NCBI GenBank assembly: GCA_050261675.1
Contig: JBLNDO010000055.1
Location: 2,701 to 66,700 of the forward strand
DNA: 64,000 nucleotides
Origin: Bacillota bacterium
GTDB taxonomy: Bacteria; Pseudomonadota; Gammaproteobacteria; Natronospirales; REEB76
Direction: 5' to 3'
Shown here: positions 9,149 to 17,077 of the stretch, in pieces
Layout: each line of letters opens with the position of its first letter
How positions within the stretch are numbered: position 1 is the first letter of the stretch
Program-made: the position numbers and the translations under genes
Notes under the pieces: generated by a model
What the model saw: the letters and a program-made list of their open reading frames with translations, nothing else
Database searches by the model: none
What the model was told of the DNA's origin: nothing

Positions 9149-9915
9149 ATCACCCTATACCGGCCGCGGCCGATGAATTCCAAATAGCCCGCATCGCGCA
9201 ATACTTGGAGCTGTTGCCTGATCTTAGCTCGAACGTGGCGATTGTGGGCATGGAGTTTCGAAAGACGATCTTCGTAACGGTACGCGTCAGCCAGAGTGAA
9301 CTCAGATGACCCGAGTTGCTCTATGCACCGCATCACATCGAGGGTCCAACCACGAGTCTCGACTTTCTTCTGCTCCCGCAGGAACAAGGTGCGTTTCCAG
9401 GCGGCCAGCACCGAGGCCTTGGGGAGCGGCACGCCCTGCTCCACCAGGCTCACGCTCCCCGCCTGGGGGATCTCCCCCAAGAGGATGTTGCAACCCCGCC
9501 AGCCGGCACGCTTGGCCTTGGGGCCTAAGGGCTTCCGCCGCTCGATGATCTCCGGCACGAAGAAATGGCTGGGGATCACCACGAGATCCAGAACCTTAGC
9601 CTTCTGCAGGTCATAGGTCAGGCCAAAAAGATTCGGGACTTCGCTGCTCCTGAGGCGCCGGAGCATGGTGGCGTATTCCCCGTCTACGATCTTACGGCCG
9701 AAGGCATCCCGCTTGGCCTTGAGCTCGAACTGCTCCGAGCACTTTGGGCAGAAGAAATCCCCTACCGGGTTATTGTTGGGGTACTTCTCGATGGACGCCC
9801 GCCCGCAGTTGGGGCAGAAAACTTCCTGATGAACCCAGGACTCCGTCATCACCCGCGCCCGCTGCGCGGGGCTCTCATATAGAGCGGCGAGGGATTTATC
9901 GAAACTCAAATCCAT
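9145..9915 (-). CDS. DpnI / Dam-replacing family type IIM methyl-directed restriction endonuclease
   Basis: CPNCG and DFFCPKC zinc ligands, ELKAK catalytic motif, DGEYATM, RAGWRGCNI, and C-terminal winged helix KIRQQLQVLRDAGYLEFIGRGRY. Confidence 0.92.
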   Translation of the reverse strand: MDLSFDKSLAALYESPAQRARVMTESWVHQEVFCPNCGRASIEKYPNNNPVGDFFCPKCSEQFELKAKRDAFGRKIVDGEYATMLRRLRSSEVPNLFGLTYDLQKAKVLDLVVIPSHFFVPEIIERRKPLGPKAKRAGWRGCNILLGEIPQAGSVSLVEQGVPLPKASVLAAWKRTLFLREQKKVETRGWTLDVMRCIEQLGSSEFTLADAYRYEDRLSKLHAHNRHVRAKIRQQLQVLRDAGYLEFIGRGRYRVI

Positions 9916-9935
9916 GTTGCGCTATCCCCTATAAC

Positions 9936-10062
9936 GGCGCACAGCCAGCGGCGCCGAGACAAGGCAAAAAGCCTTAGCCAACCCGGAGCGTACTCTTGGT
10001 GTACGTGAGGACTGGCTAAGGCTTTTTAACGCAGTATTCGGCGGCGGCTGGCGAAGCGCCTA
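9936..10062. repeat. ~125-bp nested palindromic element
   Basis: 15-bp arms aaaaagccttagcca/tggctaaggcttttt around the core ggagcgtac-N7-gtacgtgagga; outer arms ggcgc..gccagc..cgccga / tcggcg..gctggc..gcgcc; ends in the nrdJb stop codon. Confidence 0.75.
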
Positions 10063-10821
10063 GCCGCACTTTGAGTCGCCGCAATTGAGACACGTCATAC
10101 ACCCATCCATCATCACCACCGCCGCGGTGCTGCACTTCTGGCAGAGCTGCGCCCCGGCCGGGAACTTGCTCTCGGCGAAGGCGTCGGTCTGCTTCGCCGC
10201 GGCCTCGAACTCGGCGCGCTTCTGGGCGATGAGCTTCTTCTGGTGCTCGTCCAGGCCTTCCTTGTGCATGAGGCCGATGGAAATCAGGTGCTTCTCGATG
10301 ACGTCGCCGATCTCGGCGATCAGCGAGGGCATGAACTTGCCGCCCGGCTTCCAGTAGCCGCCGCGGGGGTCGAACACGGCCTTGAGCTCCTCCACCAGGA
10401 AGGCCACGTCGCCGCCCTTCCTGAACACGGCGCTGATGATGCGCGTCAGGGCCACGATCCACTGGAAGTGGTCCAGGTTCTTGGAGTTGATGAAGATCTC
10501 GAAGGGCCGGCGCTGCTCGTAGGGGGTGCCTTCGTTCAGCACGATGTCGTTGATGGTGATGTACATGGCGTGGTCGGAGACCGGCGTCTTCACCTTGTAG
10601 GTGGAGCCGATGAGCATGTCGGGCCGCTCCAGGGCCTCGTGCATGCGGATGACCTCGGCCTTGTGCTTCTTCTCGGCCCGCTCGGTGACGATCTTCTCCA
10701 CCGGCTTCGAGCTCAGGGCCAGGGCCGCGGCCTGGGTCTCGGCCTGCACGTCCGCCTTGGGCGCGTCCTCGGCTTTCTGGACCGCATACTTGGTTATCTT
10801 CTTCTCGATTTTGATGCTCAT
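10060..10821 (-). CDS. nrdJb: Class II ribonucleotide reductase small part NrdJb (TSCPD domain)
   Basis: RPDMLIGSTYKVKTP, RPFEIFINSK, and C-terminal CQKC...DGCMTCLNCGDSKCG. Confidence 0.93.
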   Translation of the reverse strand: MSIKIEKKITKYAVQKAEDAPKADVQAETQAAALALSSKPVEKIVTERAEKKHKAEVIRMHEALERPDMLIGSTYKVKTPVSDHAMYITINDIVLNEGTPYEQRRPFEIFINSKNLDHFQWIVALTRIISAVFRKGGDVAFLVEELKAVFDPRGGYWKPGGKFMPSLIAEIGDVIEKHLISIGLMHKEGLDEHQKKLIAQKRAEFEAAAKQTDAFAESKFPAGAQLCQKCSTAAVVMMDGCMTCLNCGDSKCG

Positions 10822-10831
10822 AAACTCGCCT

Positions 10832-11693
10832 CTACTTGTTCACGGACCGAGGAATCATCGGCCCAAACGGCCCTATGGCAATTTTAACGTGCCCGCCTGC
10901 GGCCTTGTGGAACGCGTCGTGGCAGCTCTTGCACAGGGTCACTAAATTGCTTACCTCATACTTCAACACAGGAAACCGCTGGAACGGCCACACATGGTGG
11001 GCTCAGCTTCCCGCCCCGGCGACCGCACATCCTGCACGTGTAGTCGTCGCGCCTGAAACAGGCTTCCCGGGCCTCTCGCATGTACATCGACATGCGCTGC
11101 CGGCGCTGCTCGCCGGTGATGCCGCCTTTCCAGTTGTAGCGCTTGGAACCGAGGTTGGCGAGCCTCAGCTTCTCACGCACCCGCGCCGTCGGGCTCTTGC
11201 GCCGGTCGATTCCGGCCTTCTCGAGCCAGGCGCCCACGGTAGCGGCGCTCACACCCAGTTTCTTGCCTATCTCCGGGGTGGAAAGCTGGGACCGCGCGTA
11301 CCACTGGGCGGCACGCGCGGCCAGCTGACCCTCCCGGTCCAGCGACAACCTGTCGCCGATCTTTCGGCGCAACGCATCGGTCACATAGACACGGCGCGAA
11401 TTGCGCTTTAGATTCATCTCCCGGCGCCAATCGAACAACGTCGGTACCGGAATCTTCAGGCGGCGGGCGATGTCCGGTATCGGCACGCCGCTTTCATACA
11501 ACCTCTTCACCTCTTCGCCAAAAACCGTTTTGCGCGGGTCGGGGTTGTTCTTGCCCTTCGGCAGCACACCCCGGCAGTACGTACTTGCCGTGGCCACGGA
11601 GACGCCGGTCAACCGGGCGATCTCCTTGAGGCTTAAGCCTTGCCGGCGCAGCTTCCGCGCCTCGGCGACCTTGCCTTCCCGCCGATCAGCCAA
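10832..11693 (-). pseudogene. Free-standing HNH (homing-type) endonuclease with HTH/NUMOD modules, frameshifted just before the HNH motif
   Basis: The ORF has HTH repeats, NWKGG and RDDYTCRMCG. After a frameshift at ~11004 (ctg a gcc cac cat) it continues AHHVWPFQRFPVLKYEVSNLVTLCKSCHDAFH to TAG at 10834-10832. Confidence 0.85.
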
Positions 11694-11704
11694 AGCCCGG
11701 CGGG

Positions 11705-13852
11705 CTACAGGCGACCGTAGTACCCCTCCTTGAGCGCATCGAATAAATTCGCCGCCGTGTGCATTTCACCGTCGTATTCGATCATCTCATCGCCTCGCGC
11801 TTCCACCACGCTGCCGTCCTCCAGGGTGAACTTGTAGACGGTGTTCTTGAGGTCCTGCTCCTTCACCAGCACACCCTGGAAGGCCTCCGGATTGAAGCGG
11901 AAGGTGGTGCAGCCCTTCAAGCCCGACTCGTAGGCGTAGAGGTAGATGTCCTTGAACTGCTCGTAGGGGTAGCCCGTCGGCACGTTCGCGGTCTTGGAGA
12001 TGGAGGAATCCACCCACTTCTGGGCCGCGGCCTGGATGTCCACGTGCTCCTTGGGGGTGATGTGCTCGGCGGTGATGAAGTACTCCGGCAGCTTCTCCTC
12101 CGGTTCCTCGGAGTTCGGCATGGCCTTCTGGTTCACGAGCTGGCGGTAGGCCAGGAGCTCGAAGGAATACACGTCCACCTTCTCCTTGGACTTCTTGCCG
12201 GAGCGGATCACGTTCCTAAAGTAGTGGTGGGCGAAGGAGGGCTCGATGCCGTTGCTGGCGTTGTTGGCCAGGGACAGGGAGATGGTGCCGGTGGGGGCGA
12301 TGGAGCTGTGGTGGGTGAAGCGGGCGCCCTGGGCGGCCAAGGCGTCCACCAGGTCCGGGGCCACTTCCGCCACCCGCTGCATGTAGCGGCTGTAGTTGGC
12401 GTGCAGCTCCCGGCCCTTGATCTTGTCGCCCACCTTCCAGCCGTCCGCGGCCATTTCGGGGCGCTTCCGGAGCATCTCGGCGGTGACCTCGAACTCCTCC
12501 ACCATGATGGGGGCGGGGCCCTTCTCCTTGGCGAGCTCCAGGGCCTCTTCCCAGCCGGCCACGGCCATTTCCCGGGAGACGTCCTCGGTGAACTTCACGG
12601 ATTCCGGCGAGCCGTATTTCCAGCCCAGCATGGTGATGCTGGACCCGAGGCCGAGATAACCCATGCCGTGGCGGCGCTTGCGGGTGATCTCCCGGCGCTG
12701 CTGCTCCAGCGGCAGGCCGTTGATCTCGACCACGTTGTCCAGCATGCGGGTGAAGACCTTCACCACTTCCCGGTATTCGTCCCAGTCGAAGCGGGCCTTG
12801 GGGGTAAAGGGGTCCAGCACGAACTTGGTGAGGTTCACGGAGCCGAGCAGGCAGGAGCCGTAGGGCGGCAGGGGCTGCTCGCCGCAGGGGTTGGTGGCGC
12901 GGATGTTCTCGCACCACCAGTTGTTGTTCATCTCGTTGACTTTATCTATCAAAACGAAACCTGGCTCTGCGAAGTCGTAGGTGGAGGCCATGATCAGGTC
13001 CCACAGGCGCCGGGCGTGGATGCTCTTATAGATGCGGCAGGCCACGAGCCCCTGCGGGTTCACGATGTAGCCCTCGGTCACGGGCCACTCGCGCCAGACC
13101 ACCTTGGTCTTGTCCGTGAGGTCGATCTTCTCGGACTCCACTTCCTTCTTGTCGTAGGGGAAGGCGAGCTGCCATTCGCCGTCCGCCTTCACCGCTTCCA
13201 TGAAGTCCTTGGTGACCAGCAGCGAGAGGTTGAACTGGCGCAGGCGCCCGTCCTCGCGCTTGGCGCGGATGAAGTCGGTGACGTCCGGGTGGCCCACCTC
13301 GAAGGTGCCCATCTGGGCGCCGCGGCGGCCGCCCGCCGAGGACACGGTGAAGCACATCTTGTCGTAGATATCCATGAAGGACAGGGGCCCGGAGGTGTAG
13401 GCGCCGGCGCCGGCCACATAGGCGCCGCGGGGGCGGAGCGTAGAGAACTCGTAGCCGATGCCGCAGCCGGCCTTCAGGGTCAGGCCCGCCTCATGGACCT
13501 TGTTCAGGATGTTGTCCATGGAGTCCCGGATGGTGCCCGAGACGGTGCAATTGATGGTGGAGGTGGCGGGCTTGTGCTCGAGGGCCCCGGCGTTGGAGGT
13601 GACGCGGCCGGCCGGGATGGCGCCGTGGCGCAGGGCCCACAGGAACTTCTCGTACCACTCCTCGCGCTTCTCGGGGATCTCCACGTCGGCCAAGGCCCGC
13701 GCCACCCGCTTCCAGGTGTCGTCCACGGTCTCGTCGACGATGGTGCCGTCCTTGGCCTTGAGGCGATACTTCTTGTCCCAGATGTCGTAAGAGGCTTCTT
13801 GTACGGGTATCTCGGTCACGGCGGCGGGCGCCTGCTTCAAAACGGTATTCAT
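11705..13852 (-). CDS. nrdJa: Adenosylcobalamin-dependent (class II) ribonucleotide reductase large part NrdJa
   Basis: TINCTVS, ATNPCGEQPLPPYGSCLLGS, IAPTGTIS, DSSISKT and LKGCTTFR motifs; RBS GGGAGG before ATG 13852. Confidence 0.95.
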   Translation of the reverse strand: MNTVLKQAPAAVTEIPVQEASYDIWDKKYRLKAKDGTIVDETVDDTWKRVARALADVEIPEKREEWYEKFLWALRHGAIPAGRVTSNAGALEHKPATSTINCTVSGTIRDSMDNILNKVHEAGLTLKAGCGIGYEFSTLRPRGAYVAGAGAYTSGPLSFMDIYDKMCFTVSSAGGRRGAQMGTFEVGHPDVTDFIRAKREDGRLRQFNLSLLVTKDFMEAVKADGEWQLAFPYDKKEVESEKIDLTDKTKVVWREWPVTEGYIVNPQGLVACRIYKSIHARRLWDLIMASTYDFAEPGFVLIDKVNEMNNNWWCENIRATNPCGEQPLPPYGSCLLGSVNLTKFVLDPFTPKARFDWDEYREVVKVFTRMLDNVVEINGLPLEQQRREITRKRRHGMGYLGLGSSITMLGWKYGSPESVKFTEDVSREMAVAGWEEALELAKEKGPAPIMVEEFEVTAEMLRKRPEMAADGWKVGDKIKGRELHANYSRYMQRVAEVAPDLVDALAAQGARFTHHSSIAPTGTISLSLANNASNGIEPSFAHHYFRNVIRSGKKSKEKVDVYSFELLAYRQLVNQKAMPNSEEPEEKLPEYFITAEHITPKEHVDIQAAAQKWVDSSISKTANVPTGYPYEQFKDIYLYAYESGLKGCTTFRFNPEAFQGVLVKEQDLKNTVYKFTLEDGSVVEARGDEMIEYDGEMHTAANLFDALKEGYYGRL

Positions 13853-13980
13853 CTTAAGTCTCTGCCTCCCTGGGGGCATTTCTTGCTTCTTAAATGGCCG
13901 GCCCGGCCTGCACGCGCGCTTCCATTGCAGACCCTGTTCCTAATCCGTGGATAAACGGTGGAAAAGCTGGGAGGAACAAG

Positions 13981-13996
13981 ACACAACATCTTGTGA
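13981..13996. promoter_or_regulatory. NrdR box 1
   Basis: acacaacatcttgtga matches acaCwAtATaTwGtg upstream of nrdJa. Confidence 0.8.
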
Positions 13997-14069
13997 TACC
14001 CCATCCCGACGATTTCCGCTTTAAGCCTAGACCTAGGTTGACAGCTTGTCAAATAAATTTAATTTTACT

Positions 14070-14082
14070 TATCAAGGACTTA
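14070..14082 (+). promoter_or_regulatory. IHF binding site
   Basis: TATCAAGGACTTA matches WATCAANNNNTTR and is preceded by an AT tract. Confidence 0.65.
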
Positions 14083-14141
14083 CAAGACAAAGCTGAACCT
14101 TCTTCTTGCTGCTCGCCGCCCCTTTGGCGATACAGCAGACA

Positions 14142-14157
14142 CCACAACATCTAGGGT
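14142..14157. promoter_or_regulatory. NrdR box 2
   Basis: ccacaacatctagggt. Confidence 0.7.
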
Positions 14158-14325
14158 TGGCGGGAGTAAATCACAAAGCTTCCTGTAATGGAAGTCCGGT
14201 CTTTACCTGAGCGCGTGTAAGGCACGGCCGATGCTTGAGGGCTTTAAAAGTGCGCGCGGGCAACGCCCCGCTGCGTCAGGCATCGAGCTCCGCCCGCGGC
14301 TTGGGGCGGGGCCGGCGGGTCCGGA

Positions 14326-14393
14326 CTTGGAAATTCCACAGACCGCCTCCAATCACGGCATCGGGGTTGAGAAATTCGCCCCCGGCACCATCT
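14326..14393 (+). promoter_or_regulatory. Tandem sigma-32-like promoters for hsp20
   Basis: cttggaa-N13-cctccaat and ttgagaa-N13-accatct resemble CTTGAAA-N13/14-CCCCATNT. Confidence 0.55.
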
Positions 14394-14435
14394 CTAGGCC
14401 ATCAGACAACCATTGTTTAGAGAGGAGATTCCGCC

Positions 14436-14879
14436 ATGAACATGATCCGCTATCAACCCTGGGGGGCCTTCGACCTCATGGACCGGCTCCTGGCCGGTCA
14501 GGGCGCCCGCCTCGCCCGCTATGACGCCGATCCCACCACGGCCGCCGCCGACTGGGCCCCGGCCGTGGACATCCGCGAGGAAGCCGAGCGCTTCCTGATC
14601 CGCGCCGACATCCCCGGCGTGGACCCGAAGGACATCGAGGTGAGCATGGAGGACGGCGTGCTGACGCTCTCCGGCGAGCGCAAGAGCGAAAGCCGCGAGG
14701 AGAACGAGGGCTGGACGCGCGTGGAGCGCATGACCGGCCGCTTCCTGCGCCGCTTCACCCTGCCCGAGACCGCCGATGCCGAGGGCATCTCCGCCCACGG
14801 CCAGAACGGCGTGCTGGAAATCGTGATTCCGAAGCAGGCGAAAGCCCAGCCGAAGCGCATCACCGTCAAAGTCAGTTAA
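14436..14879 (+). CDS. Hsp20/alpha-crystallin small heat shock protein
   Basis: WAPAVDIRE, ADIPGVD, ERMTGRFLRRFTLP and NGVLEI motifs. Confidence 0.95.
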   Translation: MNMIRYQPWGAFDLMDRLLAGQGARLARYDADPTTAAADWAPAVDIREEAERFLIRADIPGVDPKDIEVSMEDGVLTLSGERKSESREENEGWTRVERMTGRFLRRFTLPETADAEGISAHGQNGVLEIVIPKQAKAQPKRITVKVS

Positions 14880-14889
14880 GTCGCGAAGG

Positions 14890-15026
14890 GCTCGAAGCAC
14901 AGCTTCGAGCGGGCATACAAGGATGTATGCCCTGGACCTGAGCGCGGAACAGGAAGTGCAGCGCGAAGGCGGCCGCATACGGGTTTTGCTTGGTTGCTGT
15001 AATCCGTGTGCGGCCGTTTGTTTTTC
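14890..15026 (+). ncRNA. Candidate CsrA/RsmA-binding structured RNA (3' UTR or sRNA) ending in a terminator
   Basis: Hairpin gggcatac-AAGGAT-gtatgccc, a second site acAGGAAgt, then stem ggccgcatacgg/ccgtgtgcggcc and a U-rich tail. Confidence 0.5.
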
Positions 15027-15090
15027 CGGTTTGACCGGGATAGATGCGCGAGCTGGGAAAATCGTCGCAACCGCCGGAAAAATTAAATCC

Positions 15091-15119
15091 GGAACCCGCC
15101 GCGACCGCCGATGGTCAGA
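15091..15119 (+). promoter_or_regulatory. Sigma-E-like promoter upstream of degQ/degP
   Basis: GGAACC-N16-GGTCAGA. Confidence 0.55.
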
Positions 15120-15336
15120 CACATTAAGGTTAAGCCGCCGCCTTCCCGCAGACCGCTTTTCAGTGTCTCCTGAACCTGCGGGAAGACGGCGCATTTGGGT
15201 CGCGGGAGCGACACGACCGGCGGCGCGGGAGGCGTAAACTATTGCACGGCTCACGCGTTCTTTCCGGTCGAAACCCCGCGCCTCCAGCCGACATCCTTAA
15301 GACAGATCCAGAACGGAATTAGAGAGGGATAACTCC

Positions 15337-16734
15337 ATGAAACGCATCGTCTTCGCCGCCCTGCTGGCGGCCGCTTCCCTGACTTCTCTCCCCGCCTTTG
15401 CCCACATGCCGCCGCCCGCGGTGGCCGGCCAGGCGGTGCCGAGCTTGGCCCCCATGATCAAGCGGGTGACGCCGGCGGTGGTGAACGTCTCCACCCGCGG
15501 CCACGTGCAGATGCAGGTGAACAACCCCTTCATGAACGACCCCTTCTTCCAGCAGTTCTTCGGCGGCCGCAACTTCAACCAGCCCGTGGAACGGCAGTTT
15601 CAGAGCCTGGGCAGCGGCGTGATCGTGGACGCGGACAAGGGCTACATCCTCACCAACAACCACGTGGTGGAGAACGCCGACAAGATCACCGTGACGCTCT
15701 ACGACGACCGCACGTTCAGCGCCAAGGTGGTGGGCAAGGACCCGGAAACCGACGTGGCGCTGCTCAAGATCGACGCCAAGGGCCTGACCGCCCTGCCGCT
15801 CGGCAACTCCGACGCGGTGCAGGTGGGCGACTTCGTGGTGGCCATCGGCAACCCCTTCGGCCTGAAGCACACCGTGACCGCCGGCATCGTCTCGGCGCTC
15901 GGCCGCGCCGGCATCGAGGACGGCAAGTTCGAGAACTTCATCCAGACCGACGCCTCCATCAACCCCGGCAATTCCGGCGGCGCGCTGGTGGACCTCAACG
16001 GCAACCTGGTGGGCATCAATACCGCCATCATCTCCCGCGGCGGCGGCAACATCGGCATCGGCTTCGCCATCCCCATCAACATGGCAAAGGACGTGATGGA
16101 GCAGCTCGTGAAGTTCGGCAAGGTGGAGCGCGGCGTGCTCGGCGTGACCATCGAGAACCTGACGCCGGACATCGCCAAGGGCCTGCACCTGAGCCAGAAC
16201 TCGGGCGTGGTGGTGACCCAGGTGCAGGCGGGCTCCAACGCGGAGAAGGCCGGCATCAAGGCCGGCGACGTGATCGTCTCCCTGAACGGCCAGCCGGTGA
16301 CCAGCAACTCGGAACTCACGAGCGCGCTCGGCGTGATGCGCCTCGGCACCGAGGTGAGCCTGGGGCTCGTGCGCAACGGCGAGAACCTCAACGTCAAGGC
16401 GACCCTCGGCAAGGCGCCCGAGAAATCCGAGGCGGAAAACGGCGGCGCGGGCGGCAAGGCCGACGTCTACCACGGCCTGCACGTCTCCAACCTGGACCAG
16501 AACTCGCCGCTCTACGGCCAGGTGCAGGGCGTGGTGGTCACCGACGTGGACGACGGCAGCGACGCGGCCGAGGCTGGCCTGCAGCCGGGCGACGTGATCA
16601 TCGCGGTGTCGCAGAAGCCGGTGAAGAACGTGGCGGAGTTCCGTGCCCGCGCGGAGGAAGCCGCGAAGTCCGGCACGCTGTTCCTGACGGTGCGCCGCGA
16701 CGATCAGGTCTTTTACGTGCCTTTAGGGGATTAA
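15337..16734 (+). CDS. degQ: DegQ/DegP (HtrA) periplasmic serine protease with 2 PDZ domains
   Basis: LTNNHVV, DVALLK and IQTDASINPGNSGGAL catalytic triad; two PDZ domains. Confidence 0.92.
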   Translation: MKRIVFAALLAAASLTSLPAFAHMPPPAVAGQAVPSLAPMIKRVTPAVVNVSTRGHVQMQVNNPFMNDPFFQQFFGGRNFNQPVERQFQSLGSGVIVDADKGYILTNNHVVENADKITVTLYDDRTFSAKVVGKDPETDVALLKIDAKGLTALPLGNSDAVQVGDFVVAIGNPFGLKHTVTAGIVSALGRAGIEDGKFENFIQTDASINPGNSGGALVDLNGNLVGINTAIISRGGGNIGIGFAIPINMAKDVMEQLVKFGKVERGVLGVTIENLTPDIAKGLHLSQNSGVVVTQVQAGSNAEKAGIKAGDVIVSLNGQPVTSNSELTSALGVMRLGTEVSLGLVRNGENLNVKATLGKAPEKSEAENGGAGGKADVYHGLHVSNLDQNSPLYGQVQGVVVTDVDDGSDAAEAGLQPGDVIIAVSQKPVKNVAEFRARAEEAAKSGTLFLTVRRDDQVFYVPLGD

Positions 16735-16756
16735 TTCCCAACTTAGGTTCAATCAC

Positions 16757-16787
16757 GAAAGGGCTCCGCAAGGAGCCCTTTCTTTTT
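16757..16787. terminator. Intrinsic terminator
   Basis: gaaagggctcc-gcaa-ggagccctttc followed by ttttt. Confidence 0.85.
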
Positions 16788-16789
16788 GC

Positions 16790-16890
16790 CTTGCAACGCG
16801 TCCGCTGTTAACCGTCCCTGGTGCCGCGACCAGTCTGTACCTCCATGTACAGCCGCTCGCCGCTCGCGCGGCTCGCCCCCGAAAGGGGCT
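16790..16890 (-). ncRNA. Candidate CsrA/RsmA-binding structured RNA
   Basis: Minus-strand hairpins ctgtac-ATGGAG-gtacag and acc-AGGGAC-ggt, with the same layout as 14890-14960. Confidence 0.45.
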
Positions 16891-17077
16891 CTTTCATTTT
16901 CTTTAGATGTTTCAAATCCTTGGAAAACCAATCCACAGCGGCGCGTTCAATGGCGTCCGGCGGATTATGTATCGTGTTCAAGGATTTACGACGGAAATGG
17001 CCTATAACTATACGCCCCGGGCCGGACCGGCCCGACCGATTCATCCGTTCCAAACCAATCATTCCAGGGAGACGCAC

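Noticed and set aside
11705-13852. Intein or intron within nrdJa
   Set aside because: The protein has normal length and continuous motifs, with no splicing signatures.
14038-14052. FNR/Anr box upstream of nrdJ
   Set aside because: TTGAC-N5-GTCAA has the wrong spacer for TTGAT-N4-ATCAA; kept only as an unexplained palindrome.
13853-14200. Cobalamin riboswitch ahead of the B12-dependent RNR
   Set aside because: I could not find the conserved B12-box or core elements by eye.
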